Source: Candidatus Sericytochromatia bacterium
GTDB lineage: Bacteria; Cyanobacteriota; Sericytochromatia; S15B-MN24; JAQBPE01
Assembly: GCA_035285125.1 (NCBI GenBank)
Contig: JAYKHR010000026.1
Span: forward strand, 1 to 64,000
Reading direction: 5' to 3'
DNA: 64,000 nucleotides
Positions within the stretch are counted from its first letter, which is position 1, and each line of letters begins with the position of its first letter. Below, in pieces: positions 1 to 9,679 of this stretch. The translations under genes were made by a program, and so were the position numbers. The notes under the pieces are model-generated. The model saw only the letters and a program-made list of their open reading frames with translations, searched no databases and was not told where the DNA came from.

Positions 1-46
1 CGTCCGCTTAGAAGGCGGATGCTCTATCCAGCTGAGCTACGGGCGC
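1..46 (-). tRNA. tRNA-Arg(TCT), 3' part cut off by window edge
   Basis: Reverse complement GCGCCCGTAGCTCAGCTGGATAGAGCATCCGCCTTCTAAGCGGACG shows the D-arm and the anticodon stem TCCGC/GCGGA with loop CT-TCT-AA. Confidence 0.93.
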
Positions 47-50
47 AAAA

Positions 51-125
51 TGGAGCGGGAGACGGGACTCGAACCCGCAACAACCTGCTTGGAAGGCAGG
101 TACTCTACCATTGAGTTACTCCCGC
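51..125 (-). tRNA. tRNA-Gly(TCC)
   Basis: GCGGGAG acceptor stem, anticodon arm CCTGC-CTTCCAA-GCAGG, GGTTCGAGT T-loop, encoded CCA. Confidence 0.96.
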
Positions 126-139
126 GAGACTTGAAAAGA

Positions 140-216
140 TGGTCGGGACGACTGGATTCGAACCAGCGACCCTCTGCTCCCAAAGCAGATGCGCTACCAA
201 GCTGCGCTACGTCCCG
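140..216 (-). tRNA. tRNA-Pro(TGG)
   Basis: CGGGACG acceptor stem, anticodon arm TCTGC-TTTGGGA-GCAGA, GGTTCGAAT T-loop, encoded CCA. Confidence 0.96.
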
Positions 217-251
217 CCGTGGGCGAGTGTAAACCATCGGGGGAAAGCGTG

Positions 252-929
252 TCAACGAGGCGGCTCCGAGGCTTCCGACGCCTCGGCCAGCAGCGACACG
301 AAGCGCTGCACGTAGGCGATGTCCGCCCGCGACATCTCGACGAAGGCGAAGCCGATGCGCTGGCCCCCCTCGATAGGGTCCGCGTGGATGGTGCGCACGA
401 TGGCGCTGACCTCCGTCTCGTCCTGGCGCATCAGCAGCACGCAGTGGGTGCCGACCGGCGGCGCGTCCGGTGCGAGCACCTCAGCCCCGCTGTAGCTGAG
501 GTTCGAGACCTCGACAGGGGTGTTGATCGAGCGCTCGGCCGAGACGAACACCAACAGCCCGGGCATGCTGACCTCGTAGCGTGCCTCCCGCCGCCGTTGG
601 ACGCGGCGCATCGCCCGGGGGCGCTCCAGGATCAGCACCAGCACGGGCATCATCTGCACGCCGAGGAGCTTGGAGCTGAAGTGGTAGAGCCCCTCGGGTG
701 TGAAGATCTCGCCGCGGACGGGGGTGCCTGGCTCGGCGAGGGGTTTGATCTGCGAGGTGCTCGCGACCAGCATGGCCTCCTCGCCCATGTTGACGATGAG
801 CCCCTTGAAGGTCTCTTCGCCGACACGCAGGCGGAGCGCCTGGTTCAACGTGATGTGGTCGGAGTACATGGGCGTGGCGTGCGGGCGAGGGGCAGGCCGG
901 CACTGGGCCTGAACACGAGGCTGGGCCAT
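252..929 (-). CDS. PilZ-domain c-di-GMP receptor (YcgR/flagellar-brake-like); start could also be 869
   Basis: QRRREAR (RxxxR) and NLSYSG (D/NxSxxG) PilZ motifs after a YcgR-like N-terminal domain. Confidence 0.8.
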   Translation of the reverse strand: MAQPRVQAQCRPAPRPHATPMYSDHITLNQALRLRVGEETFKGLIVNMGEEAMLVASTSQIKPLAEPGTPVRGEIFTPEGLYHFSSKLLGVQMMPVLVLILERPRAMRRVQRRREARYEVSMPGLLVFVSAERSINTPVEVSNLSYSGAEVLAPDAPPVGTHCVLLMRQDETEVSAIVRTIHADPIEGGQRIGFAFVEMSRADIAYVQRFVSLLAEASEASEPPR

Positions 930-1002
930 CGTAACACGAATGCACGGCGAGTCAGGTGACACGCGCACTTGCGGCCTTTGTCCCGCGCCGCCACACTGAG
1001 GT

Positions 1003-2286
1003 ATGCCGCGTCCACGTCGCACCAAGCAAGCCTGGCGCCTGAAGACGATGCTGCCTGCGCTGGCCCTGTGGTCCGTCGGCTTCATCGGCACTTATGGGGC
1101 TTCTCTCGCCACCTTCGGCTTCCTGCGGGCCTCTGAGCCCTGGATTCCGGTCTTGTCCGGCCTCTCGACCGCCGCGATCTTCCATGCGCTCGGGCGCCGC
1201 CGAGCCGGGGCCCTCGGCCCTGTCGCCGCCCACTTGAAGGCCGACGAGCGCCTCGCCCGGGCCCTCGACGCGGCGCAGGACCCCGAGCAGGTGGCCGCCC
1301 TGCTCGTCGGCACCATCCACAAGACGCTGAACCCGGTTCACGCCTCGGTCTGGTTGCTCGACCCAGAGCGACACGAGTTCCGTCTCGCCACCGGGGCTGG
1401 CATCCCCACCGACCGTGAGGCGTTGCCCGAGGAGCAGGTCCACGCCTGGCTGCTGGCAGCGGCAGGGGCTTCGGAGTTCTCTCCCGAGGAACTCGTGGCT
1501 GTTCGGGACCTCGACCACTGGCTCACACGCCATTCGCTGGCGTTTGTGGAACCGCTCTACGCCCACGGCGCCAGCGTCGGGTTGCTAACGCTCGGCCCCC
1601 GCTCCGACGGGCGCCCCTGGGGGGCCGGCGAGCGCTGGCTGATCAACCGGGCGCTGCGTGAGGCGGGCCTGGCCATCGCCCTCATCTCCCTGGAGCGCAC
1701 GGACCGCACGCGGCGCTCGCGGATGGACACCCTGGCCCAACGCTACAAGGATGCCCAGCAGCGGGCCGTCACGGATGGCCTGACGGGCCTCGGCACCCAC
1801 GTTTACTTCAAGGAACAGCTCTGGCAGCGCTTCCACGAGGCCCGACGCCACAACGCGCCGCTCAGCGTGATGCTCATCGACGTCGACCACTTCAAGCGGA
1901 TCAACGACACCTTCGGGCACCCCGTCGGAGACGAGGTGCTTCGGCTGGTCTCGCGCACCGTCAAGGACGCCGCGCGCGGCGGCGACGTCGTCGCCCGCTA
2001 CGGGGGCGAGGAGCTCGTGGTGGCGATGCCACGGACGGACCTCGCTGGCGCCACCATCCTTGCCGAGCGCGTCCGCGAGGCCGTCGAGGCGCTGGAACCC
2101 TTGGACGGGCGCGGCCGCCCCATCTCCACCGTGACCGTGAGCGTGGGCGTGGCCGAGCTCGTGGCCAAGGATGCCACCCCCGAGGACCTCGTGGCCCGAA
2201 CGGATGCGGCGCTGTACGTGGCGAAGCACGAGGGCCGGAACCTGGTTCGCCAGGCCGTGGCTGCGCCCGTTGCCGGGCGGGCCTGA
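1003..2286 (+). CDS. Membrane-anchored GAF + GGDEF diguanylate cyclase
   Basis: Two N-terminal hydrophobic segments, GAF-like region, TDGLTG, DVDHFKRINDTFGH, RGGD I-site, RYGGEEL. Confidence 0.9.
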   Translation: MPRPRRTKQAWRLKTMLPALALWSVGFIGTYGASLATFGFLRASEPWIPVLSGLSTAAIFHALGRRRAGALGPVAAHLKADERLARALDAAQDPEQVAALLVGTIHKTLNPVHASVWLLDPERHEFRLATGAGIPTDREALPEEQVHAWLLAAAGASEFSPEELVAVRDLDHWLTRHSLAFVEPLYAHGASVGLLTLGPRSDGRPWGAGERWLINRALREAGLAIALISLERTDRTRRSRMDTLAQRYKDAQQRAVTDGLTGLGTHVYFKEQLWQRFHEARRHNAPLSVMLIDVDHFKRINDTFGHPVGDEVLRLVSRTVKDAARGGDVVARYGGEELVVAMPRTDLAGATILAERVREAVEALEPLDGRGRPISTVTVSVGVAELVAKDATPEDLVARTDAALYVAKHEGRNLVRQAVAAPVAGRA

Positions 2287-2287
2287 C

Positions 2288-2566
2288 TCAGGCGCAGCTG
2301 CCCCCGCAGCCGCCCCCGGACGCCTCTTCCACGACCTCCGGGGCGCTCATCGGGAAGGTGATGCGGCGGACGAAGTCCTCGAGGTGGTCGCCCACCTCGT
2401 CCCGCAGCATCGCATCGAGCGACGCCTCGTCGATCCCCAAGCCGTCCTTGACGAGGCGCATCAGCACGCGCGTACGGCAGCGGTCGACCGCGATTTCGGC
2501 GGCCAAGAAGGCCATGTCGCGGTAGAGCTTGGAGACGAGTTCGTCGTTGAGGGACTCGGTGGTCAT
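2288..2566 (-). CDS. Small hypothetical protein (92 aa) ending GGGCGGSCA
   Basis: GAGGAGG RBS upstream of MTTESL; protein-like composition. Confidence 0.6.
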   Translation of the reverse strand: MTTESLNDELVSKLYRDMAFLAAEIAVDRCRTRVLMRLVKDGLGIDEASLDAMLRDEVGDHLEDFVRRITFPMSAPEVVEEASGGGCGGSCA

Positions 2567-2695
2567 CGGGCGGTTGCCTCCTCGGCGGGGGGAGGCTTCA
2601 GTATCTCGCGTGCCGGCTGGGCCGGTCAAACGTGCGGCCTCAGGCCGCCCGGGCGGGTATAAGCGCCGTGTCCCGCGTCCTCGGAGGTTCAGTCA

Positions 2696-3391
2696 ATGAA
2701 ACGGTTCTCGCTCGTCGCCGCCCTGGCCGTGGGCATGGCCCTCGGAGGGCCTGCGTTGCCTGCGCGGGCGGAGTCCATGGGCGTCGCTTTCTCTGTGGGG
2801 ACCACCGAGCCCGCCTCGTTCGGCTCCCTGAACGGCATCCAGAGCGGCTCCGCGCTGACGTACCGGTCCGCGGCCGTCACGCCCTGGACCGAGTGGGCGG
2901 TCGGGCTCGGCAGCCGCTCGCAGGTGCTGGCCCCGGACCGTTCCTACGTGTTCGAGACGTCGGGCCTGAAGCTGGACGGTGGGCTGCGGCTCGGGCCCGT
3001 GCGGGCGGGCATGGGCCTGGAGCTCGCCTGGCTGCGCCAGATCTTGGCTGAGCCTGGCAACACGCTGCGAATCCACACGGGGGGCGGCTTCATCGCGGAG
3101 CCCTACGTGGGCGTGATGCTGCCCTGGCCGAGGGTCGGCGACACCACGCTGGAGCTCTCCGTGCACTACCCCCTGCCTCAGATGAAGCTGGACCCCGCCC
3201 TCGGGCCGCGCGTGATGCTCACGATGTGGGTCGACGGCGACGACGAGGACGCGGAGAGCGCCGAGCCGCAGGGCGAGGCCGGGCCGGAGGAGGGTGCTGA
3301 CCGGCCTCAGCCTGGCGCCAAGCCTGGCCGGCCGCAGGAGAAGCCGGCCGCGCCTCCAGCCAGGCCTGGCAAGCCGGGGCCAAGGCGCTGA
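2696..3391 (+). CDS. Secreted/outer-membrane hypothetical protein
   Basis: GGAGG RBS, signal peptide ending ARA, beta-strand-rich core, Pro-rich tail. Confidence 0.65.
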   Translation: MKRFSLVAALAVGMALGGPALPARAESMGVAFSVGTTEPASFGSLNGIQSGSALTYRSAAVTPWTEWAVGLGSRSQVLAPDRSYVFETSGLKLDGGLRLGPVRAGMGLELAWLRQILAEPGNTLRIHTGGGFIAEPYVGVMLPWPRVGDTTLELSVHYPLPQMKLDPALGPRVMLTMWVDGDDEDAESAEPQGEAGPEEGADRPQPGAKPGRPQEKPAAPPARPGKPGPRR

Positions 3392-3433
3392 CGCGCCCGT
3401 GACCTCGACTGCCCCGGTCGGGGGGGCCTCCGC

Positions 3434-4675
3434 GTGAGGCGCCCCTGGGCCGCCGTGGTGCGGCACACGAGGGACGTGGTGCCAGCGGGCCCGGAGGGCC
3501 TGGTGTGGTGGCTGACGCTGCTCGCCTCCGTGGGGGTGACAGCCGTCATCCCCCTGTTGCCGCTCTATGCGCAGGAGGGCGGCGCCGACCTCCACACCAT
3601 CGGCCTGATGGCCGCGGCCTACCTGGTCACCAACCTGCTCTTTCTGTACGCCGCAGGGCAGCTCTCGGACAAGGTCGGCCGCCGGCCCCTGATGGGCGTT
3701 GGGCTCGCGACGTACGCAGCCTGCTCGCTCGGGTTCGTGATCTGGACGACGCCCGCGGGCTTCATCACCCTGAGAGGCCTGGAGGGGATTGCTGCAGCCT
3801 GCTTCTTGCCTGCCGCCCTCGCCTATGTCGCGGATCGCTACCCCGGCACGGAGCGGGGCGTGCGCATCAGCCAACTCGCGGTTGCCGAGAACCTCGGCCT
3901 GCTGCTCGGCCCCGCCTTTGGCGGGGTGGTGAAGACGTTCTTCGGCATGCCGGCGCTGTTCATCCTGCTGACGCTGATGTGTGTGGTGGGCACCCTGATG
4001 GTGGCGCGGCTGCCCCATGTGCCGCTTGCCGACGAGCTGCCCCCCGCCACGACTTCCGTGGGGTGGCGGGCCCGCCTCGAGGAGGCCGTGGCCCCCTGGC
4101 GCGCCGCCCGACGCGTGTTGCTGGCGGGGGTCTGGGCGCGGGCGACGGGGGCCGGCTTCGCGTTCGGCCTGTACCTCACGGTGTGGCCCCTCTTCATGCG
4201 GACGCTGGGCGCGAGCGACTGGGACGTCTCGCTATCCTGGACGATGTTTGCCGTGCCCGCGTTGATCTTCGGCCCGATGGCGGGGCGGCTGATCGATCGC
4301 CATGGCCCCGAGCGCCTCACGGTCTGGGGAGCGGCATTCTCCTCCGTGGTGGTCTGCTCCTATGCCCTCAGTGGTTCCGTGGGCGTGCTGATCGCGCTGT
4401 GCGTGCTCGAGGGGATCGGCTTCGCATTCTCCTACCCGGCCCAGAACACGCTGGTCGTGCAGTGCGCGCCCGAGGCGCTGCGGGGCCGGGTGATCGGCCT
4501 GATCACCGGGGGGCGAACCCTCGGCACGCTGCTGGGCGCGCTCGCCACCCCGTGGCTCTACGCGCATGGGCCGCTGTACGCCTTTGGCGCCACCAGCGTG
4601 ATTTGCCTGGCCGGGGCTGCCCTGCTCGGCCTCGCGCTGGCCGTGGAGGGACGGCGCCGCCTGGCGGCAGGCTGA
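3434..4675 (+). CDS. MFS transporter (DHA1/Tet-like)
   Basis: About 12 hydrophobic segments; motif A GQLSDKVGRR and GRLIDRHG. Confidence 0.9.
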   Translation: MRRPWAAVVRHTRDVVPAGPEGLVWWLTLLASVGVTAVIPLLPLYAQEGGADLHTIGLMAAAYLVTNLLFLYAAGQLSDKVGRRPLMGVGLATYAACSLGFVIWTTPAGFITLRGLEGIAAACFLPAALAYVADRYPGTERGVRISQLAVAENLGLLLGPAFGGVVKTFFGMPALFILLTLMCVVGTLMVARLPHVPLADELPPATTSVGWRARLEEAVAPWRAARRVLLAGVWARATGAGFAFGLYLTVWPLFMRTLGASDWDVSLSWTMFAVPALIFGPMAGRLIDRHGPERLTVWGAAFSSVVVCSYALSGSVGVLIALCVLEGIGFAFSYPAQNTLVVQCAPEALRGRVIGLITGGRTLGTLLGALATPWLYAHGPLYAFGATSVICLAGAALLGLALAVEGRRRLAAG

Positions 4676-4718
4676 ACGGGGGCCTTTTGCCGGCGGCGTG
4701 AGGGGTCTTCCTCCGGAA

Positions 4719-4901
4719 TGCGGCCACCCTCCCTGGGGGATGGGGGGCTTCGCGCCTGCAGGATTCCGTGGCTTGGCTGCGGCTCATCAGCCGGTCTGCG
4801 GCCACCCTCTCTCGGGGGGAGAGGGGACGAAGCCTGACGGTCTGTGCCCCTTTCTCCCCCCGGGGAGAAGGTCCGCGTCAGCGGGGATGAGGGGCTTCGC
4901 G
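4719..4901. repeat. Cluster of REP-like palindromic repeats
   Basis: TGCGGCCACCCTC at 4719 and 4797; GGGGATGRGGGGCTTCGCG twice; hairpins at about 4805-4825 and 4849-4871. Confidence 0.55.
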
Positions 4902-5032
4902 GCCCCGCCGCCACCACCCGGACGTGCCCTGCAAACTTTTGAGCGTGAACAGTTTACGTACGCTTTAACTGAATAATAATATAGCCTTAACTAAAGTCCT
5001 TGGCGTCCCCTCGCCCGTCCGGAGGTCTCCCC

Positions 5033-5701
5033 ATGGCCCGTTCGTTCTCGCTAGCCGCCCCCCTGGTGTCGCTGACGCTGGCCGTCTCCCTGCTCGCAGG
5101 CTGCGGCACGTCCCCCGTGCGGCCCGCCATGGGTGATCGCCCTGTCGTCACCTCCTCGGTCAAGGCGCAGGCCGCAGCTCGCAAGGATGCCAGGACCGAG
5201 GCCGAGAAGCGCGCCCGGGGCTACATCGCTGAGTTCAACGCCACGCAGTGGCGCTCCATCGCGGCGCGCACGCTGATGGTGCAGAAGATCGCCCGCACCG
5301 ACTCGGATGCGGCCTACGACTTCCTGCTCGAGGAGATCGCGGCCCTCCAGGAGCTCCGCGGGGAGATGAAGAACATCACGGCCTACCAGGCCGAGGAGTA
5401 CGAGGAGGTCCTCACGGAGGAGCTCGACGAGATGACGCCCGACCAGGCCGAGGTCAAGGCCCGGGTGCGCAAGGCCGAGACGCTACGGATGGACCTCGAC
5501 GAGCTCACGGTCTCCGAGGAACTCGCCGCCGGCCCATCGGCCAAGTGGGGCGGCAGCTCTCGCGTCGGCAGCCGCAACCGCGTCCTGTCCGCAATCCAGG
5601 AGAGCAAGCTTTACAAGGCCGTCTCACGCGCCTTCAAGAACACGCGGCGGAAGGTGAAGTCGGTGCTCCGCAGCCTGTGCCGCAAGGTCCGTTGGTGCTG
5701 A
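5033..5701 (+). CDS. Putative lipoprotein, unknown function
   Basis: GGAGG RBS; lipobox LLAGC. Confidence 0.7.
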   Translation: MARSFSLAAPLVSLTLAVSLLAGCGTSPVRPAMGDRPVVTSSVKAQAAARKDARTEAEKRARGYIAEFNATQWRSIAARTLMVQKIARTDSDAAYDFLLEEIAALQELRGEMKNITAYQAEEYEEVLTEELDEMTPDQAEVKARVRKAETLRMDLDELTVSEELAAGPSAKWGGSSRVGSRNRVLSAIQESKLYKAVSRAFKNTRRKVKSVLRSLCRKVRWC

Positions 5702-5730
5702 GCGCCGCGGCGCGCTGAGCCTCTCTCATT

Positions 5731-5760
5731 GGCACCGGGCCCTCGGGTCCGGTGCCTTTT
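5731..5760 (+). terminator. Intrinsic terminator between convergent genes
   Basis: GGCACCGGGCCC-TC-GGGTCCGGTGCC followed by TTTT. Confidence 0.75.
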
Positions 5761-5788
5761 GGTTTGGCGCCAGGCACAGGCCGTGGCC

Positions 5789-7003
5789 TCAGGCCGAGCG
5801 CCCCGCGGCGCGGAACCCGGGCACGAGGGCCAGCGCCCCCGCGATCGCCGCGATCGCCACGGCGTTCGCCGCCAGCAGCGTCGAGGGCGCGAGCCACTGG
5901 CCGGCCAGCCCGTAGGCCCCGTAGGAAAGCGGGATCAGGCCCGAGGCGATGCTCGTCATCAGGCCGAAGAAGCGGCCCGCCTCGGCGGGGGGCACGCGCG
6001 TCTGGAACCACGCCACCACCACCACGTTCACGCTGCCCATCGCGAGGCCCGCGGCGAGGAGCCCCAGCAGGTGGACGGGGTAGCGCGGCCAGCACCCCAT
6101 GGCCGCGACGGCCGCCGCCACGCCCAGCAGGCCCCCCGCCACCACCGGGAAGGGGCGCGCGGCCTTGCCCCGCGAGGCCCAGAAGAGGGCGGCCAGGAGC
6201 ATTCCGAGCCCCAGCGCGGCCTCCATCCAGCCCAGGCCCGTCGCGCCCACGTCGAAGACCTGCCTGGCGAAGTAGGGCAGGAAGAGGATCACAGGCATCG
6301 TGAAGACGTTCACGGCGGCGAAGCAGGCCAGCACCCCCGCCACCGTCGGCTCGCGGCGCAGGAAGCGCAGCCCGCCCCCGGCGGCCTCCCAGAACGGCTC
6401 CCGGCCCGCCGCCGGCGCCGCCGGTCGCGGCGGCAGCGCCAGCAGCAGCAGGGCGGACAGCAAGAAGGAGGCGGCGTTCAGCGCGAAGGCCCCCGCCGCG
6501 CCGAGCCCAGCGACGATCAGCCCGCCGAGCACCGGGCCTGCCAGGGCGGCCCCCTGCACGCTGCTCTCCATCAGCGACGTCGCGGGCAGCACCTCGTCCT
6601 CGGGCACGAGCGAAGGCGTCACGGCCATCGCGGCCGGCGTGAACAGGGTGGTGAGGGCGGCCAGCACCGCGCTCGCGGCGAGCACCACGGGCATCGAGAG
6701 CTGCGCCGTCCAGGCCAGCGCGGCCACCCACGCCGTCAGGAGCCCGCGCGCCATGTCCGCCGCGACCATCAGCGTGCGGCGGTCCAGCCTGTCCGCGAGC
6801 GTGCCCGCCACGGGGCTCAGCAGCACCGTCGGCAGGGTGGTGGCGATCAGCACGGCGCCGGTCCAGCCCACCGAGCCCGTTGTCGCCATCGTCCACCAGG
6901 CCAAAGCCAGCTGGTGGACGCGATCGCCCAGCTGGCTGACGCTGTGGGCGACCAGCAGGGGGCCGAAGCCCCGGTGCACGAAGAGCCCCCCGAGGTGGGT
7001 CAC
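5789..7003 (-). CDS. MFS exporter (DHA3/MefA-like), last gene of the LuxCE/PaaK cluster
   Basis: SQLGD, GTLADRLDRR, LNAASF motifs; GTG start overlaps the upstream stop (GTGA). Confidence 0.85.
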   Translation of the reverse strand: MTHLGGLFVHRGFGPLLVAHSVSQLGDRVHQLALAWWTMATTGSVGWTGAVLIATTLPTVLLSPVAGTLADRLDRRTLMVAADMARGLLTAWVAALAWTAQLSMPVVLAASAVLAALTTLFTPAAMAVTPSLVPEDEVLPATSLMESSVQGAALAGPVLGGLIVAGLGAAGAFALNAASFLLSALLLLALPPRPAAPAAGREPFWEAAGGGLRFLRREPTVAGVLACFAAVNVFTMPVILFLPYFARQVFDVGATGLGWMEAALGLGMLLAALFWASRGKAARPFPVVAGGLLGVAAAVAAMGCWPRYPVHLLGLLAAGLAMGSVNVVVVAWFQTRVPPAEAGRFFGLMTSIASGLIPLSYGAYGLAGQWLAPSTLLAANAVAIAAIAGALALVPGFRAAGRSA

Positions 7004-9660
7004 GGCTTGGACCGACGGTCGAGCACGCGGATCACCTTGCCCGTGCGGCCCACGCGCTCCAGCCCGCCGAGCGCGACGACCTCGACGACGAGAGGGCCCG
7101 CGCCGAGGCCGGCCACCCGGGCCCGCAACTCGGCCTGCACGGCCCCGGCCAACCCGGCGACGTCCGCCGCGGGGTCTACCGCCTCCACGCGCACCGTGAG
7201 GGCCTCCCCGTCCGCCAGCACCAGCTGGGGGTTGGACGCGATGGCCGGCAGGGCCGCGGCCACGGCCTGGATTGCGGCGTAGTCCACGCGGCGCTCGCCG
7301 AGACGCACGAGGTCCTCCACCCGGCCCAGCAGCTCCAGGCGCGGGCTCGCGAGGCCGCACGGGCAGGGGGCGGGCAGCCACCGCGCCAGATCCCCGACGC
7401 GGTAGCGCAGCAGCGGCATCACGCGGCGGTTCAGGCTCGTGATCACGACCTCGCCCCGCTCGCCGGGGGCACAAGGGCGCCCCGTCTCGGGATCGAGGAT
7501 CTCCACGTGGACGTGGTCGTCGTGCACGTGGTGCTCGTTGCCCTGGCAGGCCGGGCAGGCGAAGCCCATCGGCCCGGCGTCCACGCCGCCGTAGCCGATG
7601 GAGGCGATCCGCTCCACCCCGAGCGTTTCCCGCAGCCGGTGGCGCTCGGCCTCGTGGAAGGGCTCGCCCGCGTAGTAGACCCGCCGCACGCGGATGCCGG
7701 CTGGGGCCTCCGCCACGTGGGCCAGCACGTTCTGCACGTTGGTCGAGAGCCCCACGACGGTCTCGATGCCGAAGCTGCGCAGGCACGTCAGGACGCTCTC
7801 GACGGGGGCCGTCTGCGTCAGGGAGAAGGCGTTGGCGCCGATCAGCTCCAGCGCGCGGTTCACGCTCAGGAACGAGCCGTACAGGTCGCCCGTGAAGAAC
7901 AGGTTCGCGACGCGCTCCCCCGGCCGGATCCCGGCGGCCCAGGCGCCCCGCGCCGCCCGCACCATGTCGGCCTCGTAGTCGCCGAAGCCGTAGATCGAGA
8001 GCCGCGGGTCGCCGCTGGAGCCGCCCGTGCGGAGCCAGTGGCCCCCGTCGGGCGGGCCCTCGCCGCACGTCAGCAGGGCGTGGCTGGCGGGGGGCGTGCC
8101 GGCCGTGAGGTCGGCCCGGTCCATCAGCGGCAAGGCCAGCCAGTCGGCCTCGGACCGCAGCCGCACACCCGCCAGTCGCTCGCGCCAGCGGGGGGCCAGC
8201 GGCAGCAGGCCCTCGACCAGGCGCCGGCGGCGGGCCCAGCTGCGGCTGGCGGCCTCGGCGGCGCCGACGAGCCCGGCCCCGTCGAAGCGCTCGGCGGCGT
8301 CGGGGGCATCGAGCGAGGCCCAGCGCACCAGCTCGCCCAGCCCGAAGACGCCGTCGTGGGGCTCCCCCGGGGCGCCGTTGCTCATCTCCCCCACGCGCGT
8401 CACGCGGTGCGCCCCGGCGGCGATCAGCGCGTCGCTCAGGGGGCCGAGGCGCGCGGGGGCCACGGCCAGCCCGCAGGTTTGCAGGTAGGCGCGCCAGGGC
8501 ACCAGCGCAGCCACGCCCTCGGCGAGGTCGCGCACGGGCTTCACGGCGATCGTCCGACACAGGGGCGACAGCCCGAAGGCTGGCTCCCGGTCGAGCATCA
8601 GGGTCCAGGCCTGCAGGCGGCCCGGGCGTGACGGCACGTAGAGCCGCCCCTGCCCGAGCACCTCCCGGGCCACCGCGAGCTCCCGTTCCTTGGTGATCTC
8701 GGCCTTCTCGTGCAGGTCGAGGGCGCCCATCGGCAGCGTGTCCGCGAGCGCGTCGAGGGCGCTGGCGAGGGCGGCTGCGAAGGGCTCGGCGCGCGTGCCC
8801 GTGGGGTCCTCCAGGTAGATGGCCTGCGCGCTGGAGCAGGCGTTCTGGTCCCACAGCGCCACGTCGCGGGCGGCCGCGGCGGCGGACGCTGCCAGGGCCT
8901 CGTCGGTGAGGGCCTCGGCACCGTACAGGGCGGCAGACACCTTGGGACCGTAGGCGATCAGCCGGCCCTGGGGCCCGAGCCCCTGCCGGTAGGTGGCCAC
9001 GACCTCGTCTCCGCCCCAGACGACGATGGCGTCCGCCGTGTCGAGAAACGGCCGGTGCAGTGGCTCGCGTTCGCCGGACCACACCAGCACCGCGAGGGCG
9101 TCGCTGAGCCCGCCGTCCGGGTCCGCCTCGGCCAGCGCCTCGGCGAAGCGCAGCGGCAGGGTGGTGGCGGCGCTGGCGGCCTTGAGCACGTTCACGTTGC
9201 GCGCGAGCAGCCCCTCGATCACCGAGAGCACGCCCGTCGTCGACACGTTGCCGCTCGCCACGTGCAGCACCACGCCGCGGGGCACGGCCCGCTGCAGCAG
9301 GGGCGAGCCTGGCCGCCGGTGCCAGGCGTCCACCGCGTCGGCGCGCCCCCACTCGGCGCGGGCCTTGCCCTCCAGGAAGGGCTCGGACAGGGCCATGTGC
9401 AGCCCGCCGAGCTCCAGCGCGCACATCTCGCGCGAGAACCCGATCTCCCCGGGCAGCCGGTCGAGCAGCTCGGTGTGGAGCGGCCCGCCCGGCGCGAAGG
9501 CCGCTCGGACGCGCCCGAGCACGGTCACGACGTGGTCGAAGGGGAGCGCGGCGACGCGGGCACGGTGCCGCTGCGCGTCGGCCAGCAGGTCGCGCACGGC
9601 GGCCTCGTCGAGGGCGCCCTCGTGGGGGCGGCCGAAGATGTGGTGGGTGCGAACGGGCAC
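7000..9660 (-). CDS. LuxC-like acyl-CoA reductase fused to a PaaK-like (phenylacetate-CoA ligase family) adenylation domain
   Basis: N-half: PRGVVLHVASGNV, WGG, YGPKVS, DQNACSS catalytic Cys. C-half: TGGSSG loop, GYGGVD, RYRVGD, RTGK. Confidence 0.85.
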   Translation of the reverse strand: MPVRTHHIFGRPHEGALDEAAVRDLLADAQRHRARVAALPFDHVVTVLGRVRAAFAPGGPLHTELLDRLPGEIGFSREMCALELGGLHMALSEPFLEGKARAEWGRADAVDAWHRRPGSPLLQRAVPRGVVLHVASGNVSTTGVLSVIEGLLARNVNVLKAASAATTLPLRFAEALAEADPDGGLSDALAVLVWSGEREPLHRPFLDTADAIVVWGGDEVVATYRQGLGPQGRLIAYGPKVSAALYGAEALTDEALAASAAAAARDVALWDQNACSSAQAIYLEDPTGTRAEPFAAALASALDALADTLPMGALDLHEKAEITKERELAVAREVLGQGRLYVPSRPGRLQAWTLMLDREPAFGLSPLCRTIAVKPVRDLAEGVAALVPWRAYLQTCGLAVAPARLGPLSDALIAAGAHRVTRVGEMSNGAPGEPHDGVFGLGELVRWASLDAPDAAERFDGAGLVGAAEAASRSWARRRRLVEGLLPLAPRWRERLAGVRLRSEADWLALPLMDRADLTAGTPPASHALLTCGEGPPDGGHWLRTGGSSGDPRLSIYGFGDYEADMVRAARGAWAAGIRPGERVANLFFTGDLYGSFLSVNRALELIGANAFSLTQTAPVESVLTCLRSFGIETVVGLSTNVQNVLAHVAEAPAGIRVRRVYYAGEPFHEAERHRLRETLGVERIASIGYGGVDAGPMGFACPACQGNEHHVHDDHVHVEILDPETGRPCAPGERGEVVITSLNRRVMPLLRYRVGDLARWLPAPCPCGLASPRLELLGRVEDLVRLGERRVDYAAIQAVAAALPAIASNPQLVLADGEALTVRVEAVDPAADVAGLAGAVQAELRARVAGLGAGPLVVEVVALGGLERVGRTGKVIRVLDRRSKP

Positions 9661-9679
9661 GCGGGCTCCTTCCTGGCCG

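Noticed and set aside
1..260. Integrated element at the tRNA cluster, and the short ORFs overlapping it
   Set aside because: No integrase or duplicated tRNA 3' end is seen in the window; the ORFs are translations of tRNA genes.
5789..9424. 1211-aa ORF in the track
   Set aside because: Only the last 404 aa are an MFS; the rest is an Arg/Gly/Pro-rich alternative frame of the LuxC-PaaK gene.
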